Source of the DNA: Deltaproteobacteria bacterium RBG_16_49_23
GTDB taxonomy: Bacteria > Desulfobacterota > BSN033 > UBA1163
DNA: 64,000 bases
Direction: 5' to 3'
Assembly: GCA_001798855.1 (NCBI GenBank)
Contig: MGQQ01000104.1
Location: 1,093-65,092 of the forward strand
Position numbers and translations under genes: made by a program. The notes under the pieces are model-generated. The model was not told the origin of the DNA and searched no databases. It saw only the letters and a program-made list of their open reading frames with translations. Positions 18,731 through 27,615 of the stretch are shown one piece after another. How positions within the stretch are numbered: the first letter of the stretch is position 1; every line of letters begins with the position of its first letter.

Positions 18731-19573
18731 ATGGATAAACACACCGTTTTTTATGCCATGTTCATTCCTTCCATGCTCCTTTTTCTCCTGGGAATGTGGT
18801 TCAGAGTAAGCCTTTATCTGCACGGAACATTGGAGGGTGCGGAAGGCCTGGGTGCATGGGGAAAGGTGAGGGTTCTTTCAGGGAGAGGATGGAAGGGCTT
18901 CTGGAATAGACCCTGCTGGTATATGAGGACTCTTGTCGTTGAGGTGATCTTCCACAGGAAACTTTTCAATCAGTCCTTCTACCGCTGGCTTGCTCATACC
19001 CTGCTCGTCTTCGGATTTATTGCGACCTTTGCTGTTGATATGATCAAAGGGTTTACAACAGGGTATCTTGTCGAATGGAGCCGGTCGATTCCCTTCTTCT
19101 CTTTTGCCCGCACCTTTGAAACAGGACCGATTCGTCCTTTTCTCGACTTTTCCCTGGAATTTTTCAGTTTTCTTATCCTGGTCGGATGCGTGCTAGCCAT
19201 CATCCGGCGTTTCTTTATCCGGCCCGACCAATTGAAAACAGAGGAGGAAGACATCGTAACCCTGTTCTTCATCCTCTATCTGGAATTGTCCGGGTTTTTC
19301 ATCGAGGGATATCGAATTGCTCACCCTGAGGTCGTGGCTAATCAAGTCTACATGGCTAACTTCACGCCCGTTAGCGCTAACAACTGGATATCCTTCTTCG
19401 GATACTTCTTATCCTTTTTCATGAAAGGGATCCACCTCAATCCTCATTTTCTCTGGTACGCCCATGTCATCCCATGCCTTGTCTGGTTTGTTTACATCCC
19501 GCATTCCAAGCTGCTCCATATCTTCACTTCATCGGTGACAGTGATCGCAGACAGAGCGAAAGAAAAGCTTTAA
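18731..19573 (+). CDS. NarI/DsrM/HdrE-like integral membrane di-haem cytochrome b
   Basis: 280 aa with about 5 transmembrane helices and conserved His residues. It lies immediately downstream of the HdrD-like gene, the typical DsrMK/HdrDE arrangement. Confidence 0.55.
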   Translation: MDKHTVFYAMFIPSMLLFLLGMWFRVSLYLHGTLEGAEGLGAWGKVRVLSGRGWKGFWNRPCWYMRTLVVEVIFHRKLFNQSFYRWLAHTLLVFGFIATFAVDMIKGFTTGYLVEWSRSIPFFSFARTFETGPIRPFLDFSLEFFSFLILVGCVLAIIRRFFIRPDQLKTEEEDIVTLFFILYLELSGFFIEGYRIAHPEVVANQVYMANFTPVSANNWISFFGYFLSFFMKGIHLNPHFLWYAHVIPCLVWFVYIPHSKLLHIFTSSVTVIADRAKEKL

Positions 19574-19665
19574 CCCCTCCCTACCTCCCAATCTAACGCC
19601 CCCATCCATCTTCCCCCTCTTAAGGTAAGAGGGGGAAGGGGAGTTATAAGGGGAGGCGAGGTGGG
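19573..19665. repeat. Repeat family A element
   Basis: cccctccctacctccc...ccccctcttaaggtaagagggggaaggggag. Confidence 0.55.
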
Positions 19666-19865
19666 GTTATGAATTTTTCTATCGATGGCACCAATGTAAG
19701 GACAATTTTAGAAGCTCTCGTCGATAACTTATTGTAATTTTAGAGAAAAAATTGATACTTGACAAAATAATATAATGATGATAAAGAATGTAAAAATTAT
19801 CACAAGCAATAAAAGTCTCCCTATTCCTCATGTTTTCAGGAGCAGGGAACCTAAAGGAGGATATT

Positions 19866-21443
19866 ATGACGGTCAGCAAATGGATGACAGCAGGAACGGT
19901 TCTGAAGATGATGGCCATGCAAAATCCGGATAAGCCCGGTGCGGCCGATAAGTTTCGAAAAATGACATTTAAGGAGTGGAATGATCGAAGTTGCCGGTTT
20001 GCCAACGCTTTGAATAAACTGGGCGTAAAGAAAGGAGAGCGCTTCGCCATCCTGGCCTATAACTGTGTGGAGTGGCTGGAATTCTATGCGGGTTCCTCCA
20101 AAGGAGGACAGGTGACTGTTCCGGTCATGTTCCGGCTTGCTCCCCCTGAAATCGAATACGTGGTGAAGCACTCCGATTCGAAGGCCTTCATCGTTGCAAA
20201 AGAGTTTGTTTCTGTTGTGAACTCCATTCGCAATAACCTTCCCAATATACCGCCCGCAAATTATATCTACTTTGGAGATGGTCAGACGCCGGACGGATAC
20301 CAGTCTTATGAATCGCTTCTTGCAAAGGCTTCCCCTGAAGAGCCGGATGTGGTGGTTGATGCAGAGGATATGTGGAACATTATGTATACCTCAGGGACGA
20401 CCGGCAAACCGAAAGGGGTTGTCAGGACCCACGAAGGGAATCTATCGCAGTATATCTTAAACGGAATCAATATGGGCTTAAGACCGGATGATTGTGTCAT
20501 GCTGGTTATGCCCATGTGCCATATCAATTCCATCTACTATTCTTTTACCTACACTTATGTGACGGGAAGGGTTTTTGTCTACAATATGATCAGTTTCGAC
20601 CCCATCGATCTGTTGAAGACGATCGAAAGGGAGAAGATCACCTTTACCTCTCTTGTCCCTACCCATTACATCATGATGCTCTCCCTTCCGGATGAGGTGA
20701 AGAAGAACATCGATGTCAGATCCATCCGGCAGCTTCTCATCTCCTCAGCACCTGCGCGAAAAGACACAAAGGTCGCCATTATGGATTATTTCAAGAATGC
20801 AGAGCTCTGGGAGGCTTATGGCTCAACGGAAGCCGGATTGGTGACCCTGCTTCGACCCGAGGAACAGTTTAAGAAGCTGGGCTCCATTGGAAGGGAGATC
20901 TGGGGGACAGACCGGATTAAAATTCTTGATGAAAATGGCAAGGAGGTCGAGAGAGGACAGGTGGGAGAGCTTTATTCGAGGACGCCTCATGTTTTCAAAG
21001 AGTACTGGAAGGACCCCGAGAAGACAAAAACGGTCTTCAAAGGGGAGTGGTTTACGGCAGGGGATATGGCCTGCCAGGATGAGGACGGTTATTTTACCCT
21101 GGTCGATCGAAAAGCAAATATGATCATTACCGGCGGAGAAAATGTCTTTCCTTCAGAGGTGGAGAATTTGCTGGGTTCCCATCCTGCCGTCAAATATGTG
21201 GCTGTCATCGGGATTCCCCATGAGAAATGGGGCGAGGCGATTAAGGCGATTGTCACCGTCCATCAAGGAAAGACGGTGACGGAGAAAGAACTGGTTGACC
21301 ACTGCCGGGGAAAGATCGCAGGATACAAAATTCCCAAGTCGGTCGATTTCATCAAGGACGAAGAGATGCCCATGACCCCGACCGGAAAGATCCTCCATCG
21401 CATTTTAAGGGAGAAATACGGGAAATGGAGCGATATGAAGTAA
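19866..21443 (+). CDS. AMP-forming acyl-CoA synthetase/ligase
   Basis: AMP-binding motif YTSGTTGKPKGV and the C-terminal GEWFTAGD...ITGGENV region. RBS aaaggagga lies before ATG 19866. Confidence 0.85.
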   Translation: MTVSKWMTAGTVLKMMAMQNPDKPGAADKFRKMTFKEWNDRSCRFANALNKLGVKKGERFAILAYNCVEWLEFYAGSSKGGQVTVPVMFRLAPPEIEYVVKHSDSKAFIVAKEFVSVVNSIRNNLPNIPPANYIYFGDGQTPDGYQSYESLLAKASPEEPDVVVDAEDMWNIMYTSGTTGKPKGVVRTHEGNLSQYILNGINMGLRPDDCVMLVMPMCHINSIYYSFTYTYVTGRVFVYNMISFDPIDLLKTIEREKITFTSLVPTHYIMMLSLPDEVKKNIDVRSIRQLLISSAPARKDTKVAIMDYFKNAELWEAYGSTEAGLVTLLRPEEQFKKLGSIGREIWGTDRIKILDENGKEVERGQVGELYSRTPHVFKEYWKDPEKTKTVFKGEWFTAGDMACQDEDGYFTLVDRKANMIITGGENVFPSEVENLLGSHPAVKYVAVIGIPHEKWGEAIKAIVTVHQGKTVTEKELVDHCRGKIAGYKIPKSVDFIKDEEMPMTPTGKILHRILREKYGKWSDMK

Positions 21444-21499
21444 GACCCGGTCCGGGAAAGGTTCCAGGCCCAAGTGAATTTGCCTTGGGCCATTTTATG

Positions 21500-21845
21500 T
21501 AACCCCTCAGGTGTGAAAAAATTGGCGCCCTGTGCCTCGGCCCACAGGGTTGTGGGTCTTGTCCAAGCTTTAGAAGGCGGGTCATTAGATGTTACGGGTA
21601 ACCTTCGTTTTCAGTAAGATAGCGGTATGACCCAGGTTTAGGCAACGTAGTTTAATATTAGAGGTTCCGCCCTAAAGCTTCTCCAATCCCCCCAACCCTG
21701 TAGGCCGGAACAATGCCGATTCTGGAAATGTAATTTTTTCACACCTTCTCGGTTTTGGGGTGATATTTGACCCGATAGGGTCGGAAGGTTCTCCGGAAGA
21801 ACCTCCCGACCCTTTTCTGTCTCTTTAACTGAGGGGTTACCTTTT
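21500..21845. other. Highly structured non-coding region with nested inverted repeats, either an ncRNA or a mobile-element candidate
   Basis: Outer gtaacccctcag ... ctgaggggttac, inner gtgtgaaaaaatt ... aattttttcacac. Inside are several further palindromes (ccctgtg..cacaggg; aagctttagaaggcgg..ccgccctaaagctt; gttacgggtaac). A terminator-like hairpin gggtcggaaggttctccggaagaacctcccgaccctttt follows. Confidence 0.4.
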
Positions 21846-21944
21846 TATTAAATTTACTCTTGAAAAATATCGCATGATAGGCTATGTTTCTGAAATCCAA
21901 GGGTTCCAAAATCCTTGGTTTCATTTTGTGAGGGTTTGTAACGT

Positions 21945-23543
21945 ATGCTGAGAAACCTGAAGTGGCGATTGATTATTTATGCGGGGACGACGGTTTTTGC
22001 GGTTCTCCTCTTTTTGCCGACTATCACTCCCGAGTTGCCTGCCTGGTTTTATAAAATCATCCCCACAGAAAAGGTTCACCTCGGCCTCGACCTGCAGGGT
22101 GGGATGCATCTCATCCTCGAGGTGGAGGCGGAGAAGGCGGTCGAGAGTTATGTGGAGAGGGTCAAGAATAATCTGAGGGATGATCTGCGAGACAAGGGAA
22201 TCCCCGTCGGAAAACTGGAGAGGGAGAAGAGCAATCAGATCGTTCTTGAGGTTTCGGGCGATAAGGGTAAATGGGAAAAGATCCTGAGCCAGCGTTATGC
22301 TGTCATGCAGGAGCTTTCCTCGACCCCCCTTGATAAAGGGATATGGAGGGTTGCGCTTGTCCTGGACAGCAGGCAGGCCGATCAAGTGAGAAAGAGCGCC
22401 ATCGATCAGGCCCTGGAGACCATCCGGAACCGGATCGATCAGTTCGGCGTGGCCGAACCCGAAATCACCCTCCAGGGAACAGACCGCATTTTGATTCAAC
22501 TCCCCGGGATTAAAGATCCCCAGAGGGCCATCGACCTCATCGGCCGGACCGCCTTGCTGGAATTTAAACTGGTGGATGAAGAGGGGAATCTTGATGAGGC
22601 ATTGAAAGGGAATCTTCCCGAGAGCAGCATCATCCTCTATCAAAGGTTTGTTGATCCAAAAACAGGGGGAGTGAAAAGGACTCCCTTTCTTCTGAAAGAA
22701 AAGACCCTGATGACTGGCGAGGTATTAAAAGATGCCCGGGTGGCCATCGAGACCCAATTCAATGAGCCCTATGTGGCCCTGGAATTTGATGATATCGGGG
22801 CCAAGCTCTTCGAGCAGATTACCGGAGCCAATGTGAAGAGGAGATTGGCCATCATCCTCGATGACAATGTCTATTCCGCTCCGGTCATTCAGGAGAGGAT
22901 TGCCGGGGGAAGGGCTCAGATTACCGGCCGTTTCGATATGAAGGAAGCAGGAGATCTGGCCATTGTGCTCAGGGCAGGCGCCTTGCCCGCACCGGTCAAG
23001 ATCATCGAGCAGAGAAGCGTGGGGCCGTCGCTGGGACAGGACTCCATCCGGAAAGGAATTATCTCCACCCTGATCAGCGCCGCCCTAATCGCATGCTTTA
23101 TGGTATTCTATTATCGCGCCTCGGGCGTTGTTGCTGATATTGCTCTGATCCTCAATATCGTCTTTGTGATGGGAACGCTTGCGATTTTTCGAGCCACGCT
23201 CACCCTTCCAGGGATTGCGGGCCTTGTCCTTTCGATCGGAATGGCGGTGGATGCCAACATTTTAATTCACGAAAGGATCAAGGAGGAGTTGAGGTGGGGG
23301 AAGACGGTCCGGGCCGCCATCGATGAGGGGTATCGACGGGCCTTCATCACCATTTTGGACTCGAATTTGACCACGTTGATCGCCGCCCTCTTCCTCTATC
23401 AATTCGGCACGGGTCCGGTGAGGGGATTTGCCGTCACTTTGTGCATCGGGCTTTTAGCCAATATCTTCACGGCTGTTTATGTGACCAGATGGATCTTCGA
23501 TTTTCTCACCCTTAAGGTGAATGTCAAGCGGTTGAGCATTTGA
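21945..23543 (+). CDS. secD: Protein translocase subunit SecD
   Basis: N-terminal TM helix, a large periplasmic domain and a C-terminal six-TM bundle with GIAGLVLSIGMAVDANI. Confidence 0.9.
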   Translation: MLRNLKWRLIIYAGTTVFAVLLFLPTITPELPAWFYKIIPTEKVHLGLDLQGGMHLILEVEAEKAVESYVERVKNNLRDDLRDKGIPVGKLEREKSNQIVLEVSGDKGKWEKILSQRYAVMQELSSTPLDKGIWRVALVLDSRQADQVRKSAIDQALETIRNRIDQFGVAEPEITLQGTDRILIQLPGIKDPQRAIDLIGRTALLEFKLVDEEGNLDEALKGNLPESSIILYQRFVDPKTGGVKRTPFLLKEKTLMTGEVLKDARVAIETQFNEPYVALEFDDIGAKLFEQITGANVKRRLAIILDDNVYSAPVIQERIAGGRAQITGRFDMKEAGDLAIVLRAGALPAPVKIIEQRSVGPSLGQDSIRKGIISTLISAALIACFMVFYYRASGVVADIALILNIVFVMGTLAIFRATLTLPGIAGLVLSIGMAVDANILIHERIKEELRWGKTVRAAIDEGYRRAFITILDSNLTTLIAALFLYQFGTGPVRGFAVTLCIGLLANIFTAVYVTRWIFDFLTLKVNVKRLSI

Positions 23544-23556
23544 GTGAGTCACTTCT

Positions 23557-24468
23557 ATGGAGTTGATTAGACCAGGAACACATTTTGACTTTATCGGAAA
23601 GAAAAAATTTACGGTCTGGGTTTCGGCATTCGCCATTTTCTTGAGCCTGGGGTCCATCTTTCTGCACGGCGGATTGAGATACGGGGTCGATTTTGCAGGG
23701 GGCGTATTGATCCAGATCCGGTTTTCTCAGACAGTGGATATCTCCGATATTCGTAACGCCCTGGAAACGATGGGATCGAAGGATGCGATGGTTCAAAAGT
23801 TCGGAGGGGAGAATGAATTTTTGATCCGGGTTGAAAAGGGCGGAGAGGATCTCGAGAAGATGTCAAAGGCCATTCAGGATTCCCTTCAGGAGCGATTCAA
23901 GGGGAAGGATCTGGAGATCCGCAGGGTGGAGGTGGTCGGCCCAAAAGTGGGGAAGGATTTGAAGACTAAGGCGCTCTGGGCAGTATGTCTCTCCTTTGTC
24001 GCCATACTCGTCTTTGTCGCCTGGAGATTCAAGCAGATCTCTTTCGGATTGGGAGGGATCGCGGCCCTGGTCCACGACATCATCATCACTTACGGAGCCA
24101 TATCGATCGCCGATCTCGAGTATTCCTTGCCTCTGATGGCGGTGATCCTGACGATCATCGGATTCTCGATTAATGATACCATCGTCATCTTTGACCGGGT
24201 TCGGGAGAATATCAAGAAGATGAGGAAAGAGAACCTTGAGACCGTCTTCAATACAAGCATCAACGAAACCCTTGGTCGAACTATTCTCACCTCAGGAACG
24301 GTCATGATGGTGGTGCTTATTCTCTTCTTCTTCGGAGGTCCGGTCATCCATGATTTTGCCCTTACGCTCATCGTAGGGTTGATTTCCGGAACCTATTCAA
24401 CGATCTATGTGGCCAGCCCGGTCGTTTTATTCTGGGACAAACAATTCACACGGAAAAAGAAACGCTGA
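23557..24468 (+). CDS. secF: Protein translocase subunit SecF
   Basis: Immediately follows secD. GVDFAGG and IGFSINDTIVIFDRVREN motifs. Confidence 0.9.
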   Translation: MELIRPGTHFDFIGKKKFTVWVSAFAIFLSLGSIFLHGGLRYGVDFAGGVLIQIRFSQTVDISDIRNALETMGSKDAMVQKFGGENEFLIRVEKGGEDLEKMSKAIQDSLQERFKGKDLEIRRVEVVGPKVGKDLKTKALWAVCLSFVAILVFVAWRFKQISFGLGGIAALVHDIIITYGAISIADLEYSLPLMAVILTIIGFSINDTIVIFDRVRENIKKMRKENLETVFNTSINETLGRTILTSGTVMMVVLILFFFGGPVIHDFALTLIVGLISGTYSTIYVASPVVLFWDKQFTRKKKR

Positions 24469-24477
24469 TCTCTTATT

Positions 24478-24560
24478 CCTCTCCCCTTGCGCCTGCCTGC
24501 GCGAAGCCGCTTCGGCGAAGGCAGGGGAGAGGGGAAGGGTGAGGGTAAGGGTGAGGGGAA
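24478..24560. repeat. Repeat family A element
   Basis: ctccccttgcgcctgcctgcgcgaagccgcttcggcgaaggcaggggagaggggaagggtgagggtaagggtgagggg. Confidence 0.7.
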
Positions 24561-24619
24561 AGATAAATCCTTGACAGTTATTATTATAATATCTTAAATT
24601 TCCTATTTAAGGTGATTCT

Positions 24620-25048
24620 ATGAAGACGTATCAGGCTAAAAAAGAGGAAGTGGAACATCAGTGGTATCTCGTGGATGCCGAAGGAAAGGTGCTGGGAAGA
24701 TTGGCCTCCGAACTGGCAAAGATATTAAGAGGCAAGAATAAACCTATCTATACCCCCCATGTGGACACAGGCGATTTCGTCATTGTCGTCAATGCCGGTA
24801 AGGTGGCGCTGACCGGAAAGAAGTTGAAAGACAAGATCTACTATCATCATACGGGCTATCCGGGAGGCATTAGAGAGATGAACGCTGAAAAATTATTGGC
24901 CAAGAAGCCCACCGAGATGATCCGGATCGCGGTGAAGGGGATGCTGCCTAAAAACAGCCTGGGCCGGCAGGTGATCCAGAAATTGAAGATCTATGCCGGG
25001 GCCAAACATCCCCACGAAGCCCAGAAACCCGTTCCACTTGAAATTTGA
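24620..25048 (+). CDS. rplM: 50S ribosomal protein L13
   Basis: [16 protein letters not shown]...GDFVIVVNA signature. Confidence 0.92.
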   Translation: MKTYQAKKEEVEHQWYLVDAEGKVLGRLASELAKILRGKNKPIYTPHVDTGDFVIVVNAGKVALTGKKLKDKIYYHHTGYPGGIREMNAEKLLAKKPTEMIRIAVKGMLPKNSLGRQVIQKLKIYAGAKHPHEAQKPVPLEI

Positions 25049-25081
25049 AGCTTCGTATATTTCGTAGATAAGGAGAAAAAA

Positions 25082-25471
25082 GTGGCAGAACCCATTTATG
25101 CAACAGGAAAGAGAAAGACATCGATTGCCAGGATATGGCTGGAGCCGGGCGAGGGGAAGTTCGTGGTCAACGAAAGGGCCCTGAAGGAATATTTCGGACG
25201 GGAGACCTGCGAGATGGTCATCATGCAGCCCTTCGATCTGACAGGAACCCGTAACCAATTCGATGTGAAAGCCAATGTCCATGGAGGAGGGATTTCCGGT
25301 CAATCCGAGGCCGTCCGTCATGGGATTTCGAAAGCCCTGCTCCAGGTCAATTCGGAGTTCAAGGATGCCCTGAAAAAGGGCGGCCTTTTGACAAGGGATT
25401 CAAGGATCAAAGAGCGTAAGAAATACGGGTTAAGGGGAGCCAGGCGAAGACCCCAATACTCCAAACGATAA
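25082..25471 (+). CDS. rpsI: 30S ribosomal protein S9
   Basis: C-terminal KKYGLRGARRRPQYSKR. Confidence 0.92.
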   Translation: MAEPIYATGKRKTSIARIWLEPGEGKFVVNERALKEYFGRETCEMVIMQPFDLTGTRNQFDVKANVHGGGISGQSEAVRHGISKALLQVNSEFKDALKKGGLLTRDSRIKERKKYGLRGARRRPQYSKR

Positions 25472-25495
25472 TTTTATGACCACATGGATTTAGAT

Positions 25496-25527
25496 AAAAG
25501 GGAGGCCATCACGCCTCCCTTTTATGT
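25496..25527 (+). terminator. Rho-independent terminator after rpsI
   Basis: aaagggaggccatcacgcctccctttt followed by atgttc. GC stem plus T-run. Confidence 0.6.
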
Positions 25528-25730
25528 TCTCATATTTATCACAACTATTTCGTTCCAGGTTTTACTCCTACCCCAATAATTTCTCCTCCTGCCCCACAGG
25601 GTTTTCATTTTAATATTAACCGGAGCAATGATCAGAAATTCTTGACTTCTTTACACAAATTTTAATACACTCTTTAATAATAAAGGGCAAAATTTGTCAG
25701 GGGGATGGGGATACTGGCTTTTCTTCCAGA

Positions 25731-25802
25731 TTCGGGATATCCGCAATACTTCGGATATCACCCCAAATTTATGGGTATATCCGAACCTGTTCGGTAATAC
25801 CC
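25731..25802 (+). promoter_or_regulatory. Four phased direct repeats TTCGG(G)ATAT(C)C about 50-100 bp upstream of the TA operon, a putative operator/iteron array
   Basis: ttcgggatatccg, ttcggatatcacc, tgggtatatccg and ttcggtaataccc at ~20-bp spacing. A ttgact -35-like hexamer lies upstream at ~25655. Confidence 0.35.
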
Positions 25803-25849
25803 AAGTTAGGCGCTCATTGGTCACCAGAATAATATGTTAAGAGAAAAGC

Positions 25850-26158
25850 ATGGAAATAGAGAGAATTAGGGTTAAAATAGGCAGTGGAGAATATCACTTT
25901 TCTGATCATGCTGTGAAAAGAATGATCAAAAGGTCCATTGATCGAGTTGAGATTGAAGATACGGTATTAGCCGGAGAGATTATCGAAGAATACCCTGATG
26001 ACAAGTATTTTCCAAGCTGCCTTATCTATGGGAGGACGAAATCTGGTCGGCATCTTCATGTTCAGCTTTCACTTCCTCCGACAGTTGTTATTATTACGGC
26101 ATATGACCCGGATGAGACCGAATGGATAGATTATAGAATTAGGAGGAAAAAGGAATGA
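25850..26158 (+). CDS. DUF4258-like small protein, putative type II toxin
   Basis: 102 aa, HFSDHAVKRMIKRSI...YGRTKSGRHLHV. It overlaps the downstream Zn-ribbon gene by 4 nt. Confidence 0.5.
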   Translation: MEIERIRVKIGSGEYHFSDHAVKRMIKRSIDRVEIEDTVLAGEIIEEYPDDKYFPSCLIYGRTKSGRHLHVQLSLPPTVVIITAYDPDETEWIDYRIRRKKE

Positions 26159-26388
26159 AATGTGTTTTTTGTGGCGGTGAAACAAAGAAAATGTTGGTCA
26201 CTTTCAGTTACGAAGAGGAAGATAGGCTTTTTCTTGTTGAACATGTCCCCGCTGAGGTCTGTGAACGATGTGGAGAGAAGACCTATTCTCCCGATGTTAC
26301 TGATGAGTTATTGAAGTTTGCGAAAGACAAGTTTAAGCCTGTCAAAATACTTGAAGTGCCCGTTTTTAATTTCGCAGAAAATTTTTAA
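26155..26388 (+). CDS. YgiT/MqsA-type zinc-ribbon protein, putative antitoxin
   Basis: CVFCGG...CERCGE four-Cys zinc ribbon in 77 aa. Translationally coupled to the upstream gene. Confidence 0.5.
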   Translation: MKCVFCGGETKKMLVTFSYEEEDRLFLVEHVPAEVCERCGEKTYSPDVTDELLKFAKDKFKPVKILEVPVFNFAENF

Positions 26389-26691
26389 CGTTGGTGACCA
26401 ACGGCGTATAACATGTTGCAAAAGACTAACGGTCAAACTTTTCAGGCTTCTTTTGCAACGAAAACGTTATCTGCTCAGTGCGGGGAGGAAAAAAGAGAAA
26501 GAAAGGAAGAGATTGACCCAGAAAGTAACATCCTTCATCCCATAAATTTAGTTTCCCCTCTGCCTGCGGCAGGCAGGTAAGCTCCCAAAAGGAAGAGCAC
26601 CCACTAACCTCTCCAATTTTTCAGAGCTCTCATGATGACCTCTTGACAATATACAAAGATTGTATGTATATTGTTATTGACAGGAGGTAAG

Positions 26692-26940
26692 ACGATGAAG
26701 TCCAGTACGGTGAATATCTCTTTCAACAATGAGCTCCTGAAGCAAATCGATCAGGTGGCACGGGAGGAATCTCGGTCGCGTTCCGAACTCATTCGGGAAG
26801 CAGCCAGAGGCTACATTGAGCGAAGGCATCTTTGGAGGCAAGTGTTTAACCTAGGCAAAACGAAAGTTGCCAAACAGGGGATTGTGGAATCCGATATCGA
26901 GTCTGAAATTGCAGCCTACCGCAGAGAGAAGAAGGGATAG
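26692..26940 (+). CDS. Ribbon-helix-helix (CopG/VapB-like) antitoxin
   Basis: RHH fold signature VNISFNNELLKQIDQVAREESRSRSELIREAARGYI. The stop overlaps the start of the PIN gene. Confidence 0.7.
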   Translation, partial: TMKSSTVNISFNNELLKQIDQVAREESRSRSELIREAARGYIERRHLWRQVFNLGKTKVAKQGIVESDIESEIAAYRREKKG

Positions 26941-27353
26941 TGCTCAGAGTCGTTTTGGATACGAATGTTCTGATCTCGGCCATTCATTTCGGGGGCAAAC
27001 CCAGACAGATTCTGGAGAAAACCATCCGTAGGGATATTCAACTGTGCCTATCAGAACCCATTCTGGAAGAACTCAAAGGGGTATTGCGAAGGCCAAAGTT
27101 TGACTACTCTCCTGAGGCAGTCCAGGTCATCCTCACGGAACTTATCGGCATTTCAGATTTCGTGAATCCTTCAAAGACACTCGGCATTGTTTCAGAAGAT
27201 GCTGAGGACAATAGAATCCTGGAATGCGCCGTGGAAGCTGGAGCGAATTATATTATTACAGGAGATATTCATCTGTTGAAGTTAGGTGGATACCGGGATA
27301 TAAAGATTCTCAATGCAGTTGCTTTTTTAGAGGAAATCTCTTCAGGGACATAG
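26940..27353 (+). CDS. vapC: PIN-domain ribonuclease toxin (VapC family)
   Basis: VVLDTNVLISA N-terminal acidic motif and a conserved ITGD near the C-terminus. Confidence 0.75.
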   Translation: MLRVVLDTNVLISAIHFGGKPRQILEKTIRRDIQLCLSEPILEELKGVLRRPKFDYSPEAVQVILTELIGISDFVNPSKTLGIVSEDAEDNRILECAVEAGANYIITGDIHLLKLGGYRDIKILNAVAFLEEISSGT

Positions 27354-27394
27354 GAAAGGAAGTATCACTTTAGTGCTTTGAGAAAAAATATCTA

Positions 27395-27572
27395 ATCCCC
27401 CTTCATCCCCCTTTGGTCTCCGACCCAGAGCGGTCTCTGACCTGGGGGGCAAAAGGGGGAAATTCCTTTTCCTCCCTTTGGCCGCCGGCCCATAGGGCCT
27501 CTGGCCCGGAGGGCAAAGGGAGGTGGCCTGCCTGCGCGAAGCCGCTTCGGCGAAGGCAGGGGAGGGATTTTA
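27395..27572. repeat. Repeat family A composite element, multiple hairpins
   Basis: ccccctttggtctccgacc...ggccgccggcccatagggcctctggcccggagggcaaagggagg...cctgcctgcgcgaagccgcttcggcgaaggcaggggagggatttt. Confidence 0.7.
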
Positions 27573-27615
27573 CAGGCCTTTTTCAAACAGCTAAATTGTT
27601 ACGAAAGGAAGATCC

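Noticed and set aside
21480-21900. 6S RNA, tmRNA or RNase P RNA in the structured intergenic region
   Set aside because: No tmRNA tag-peptide reading frame (…AA-stop) was recognised. No RNase P conserved motifs (GGAAAGUCCGG / AGGGUGAAA). No 6S-like single long bulged helix. The structure looks like nested inverted repeats instead.
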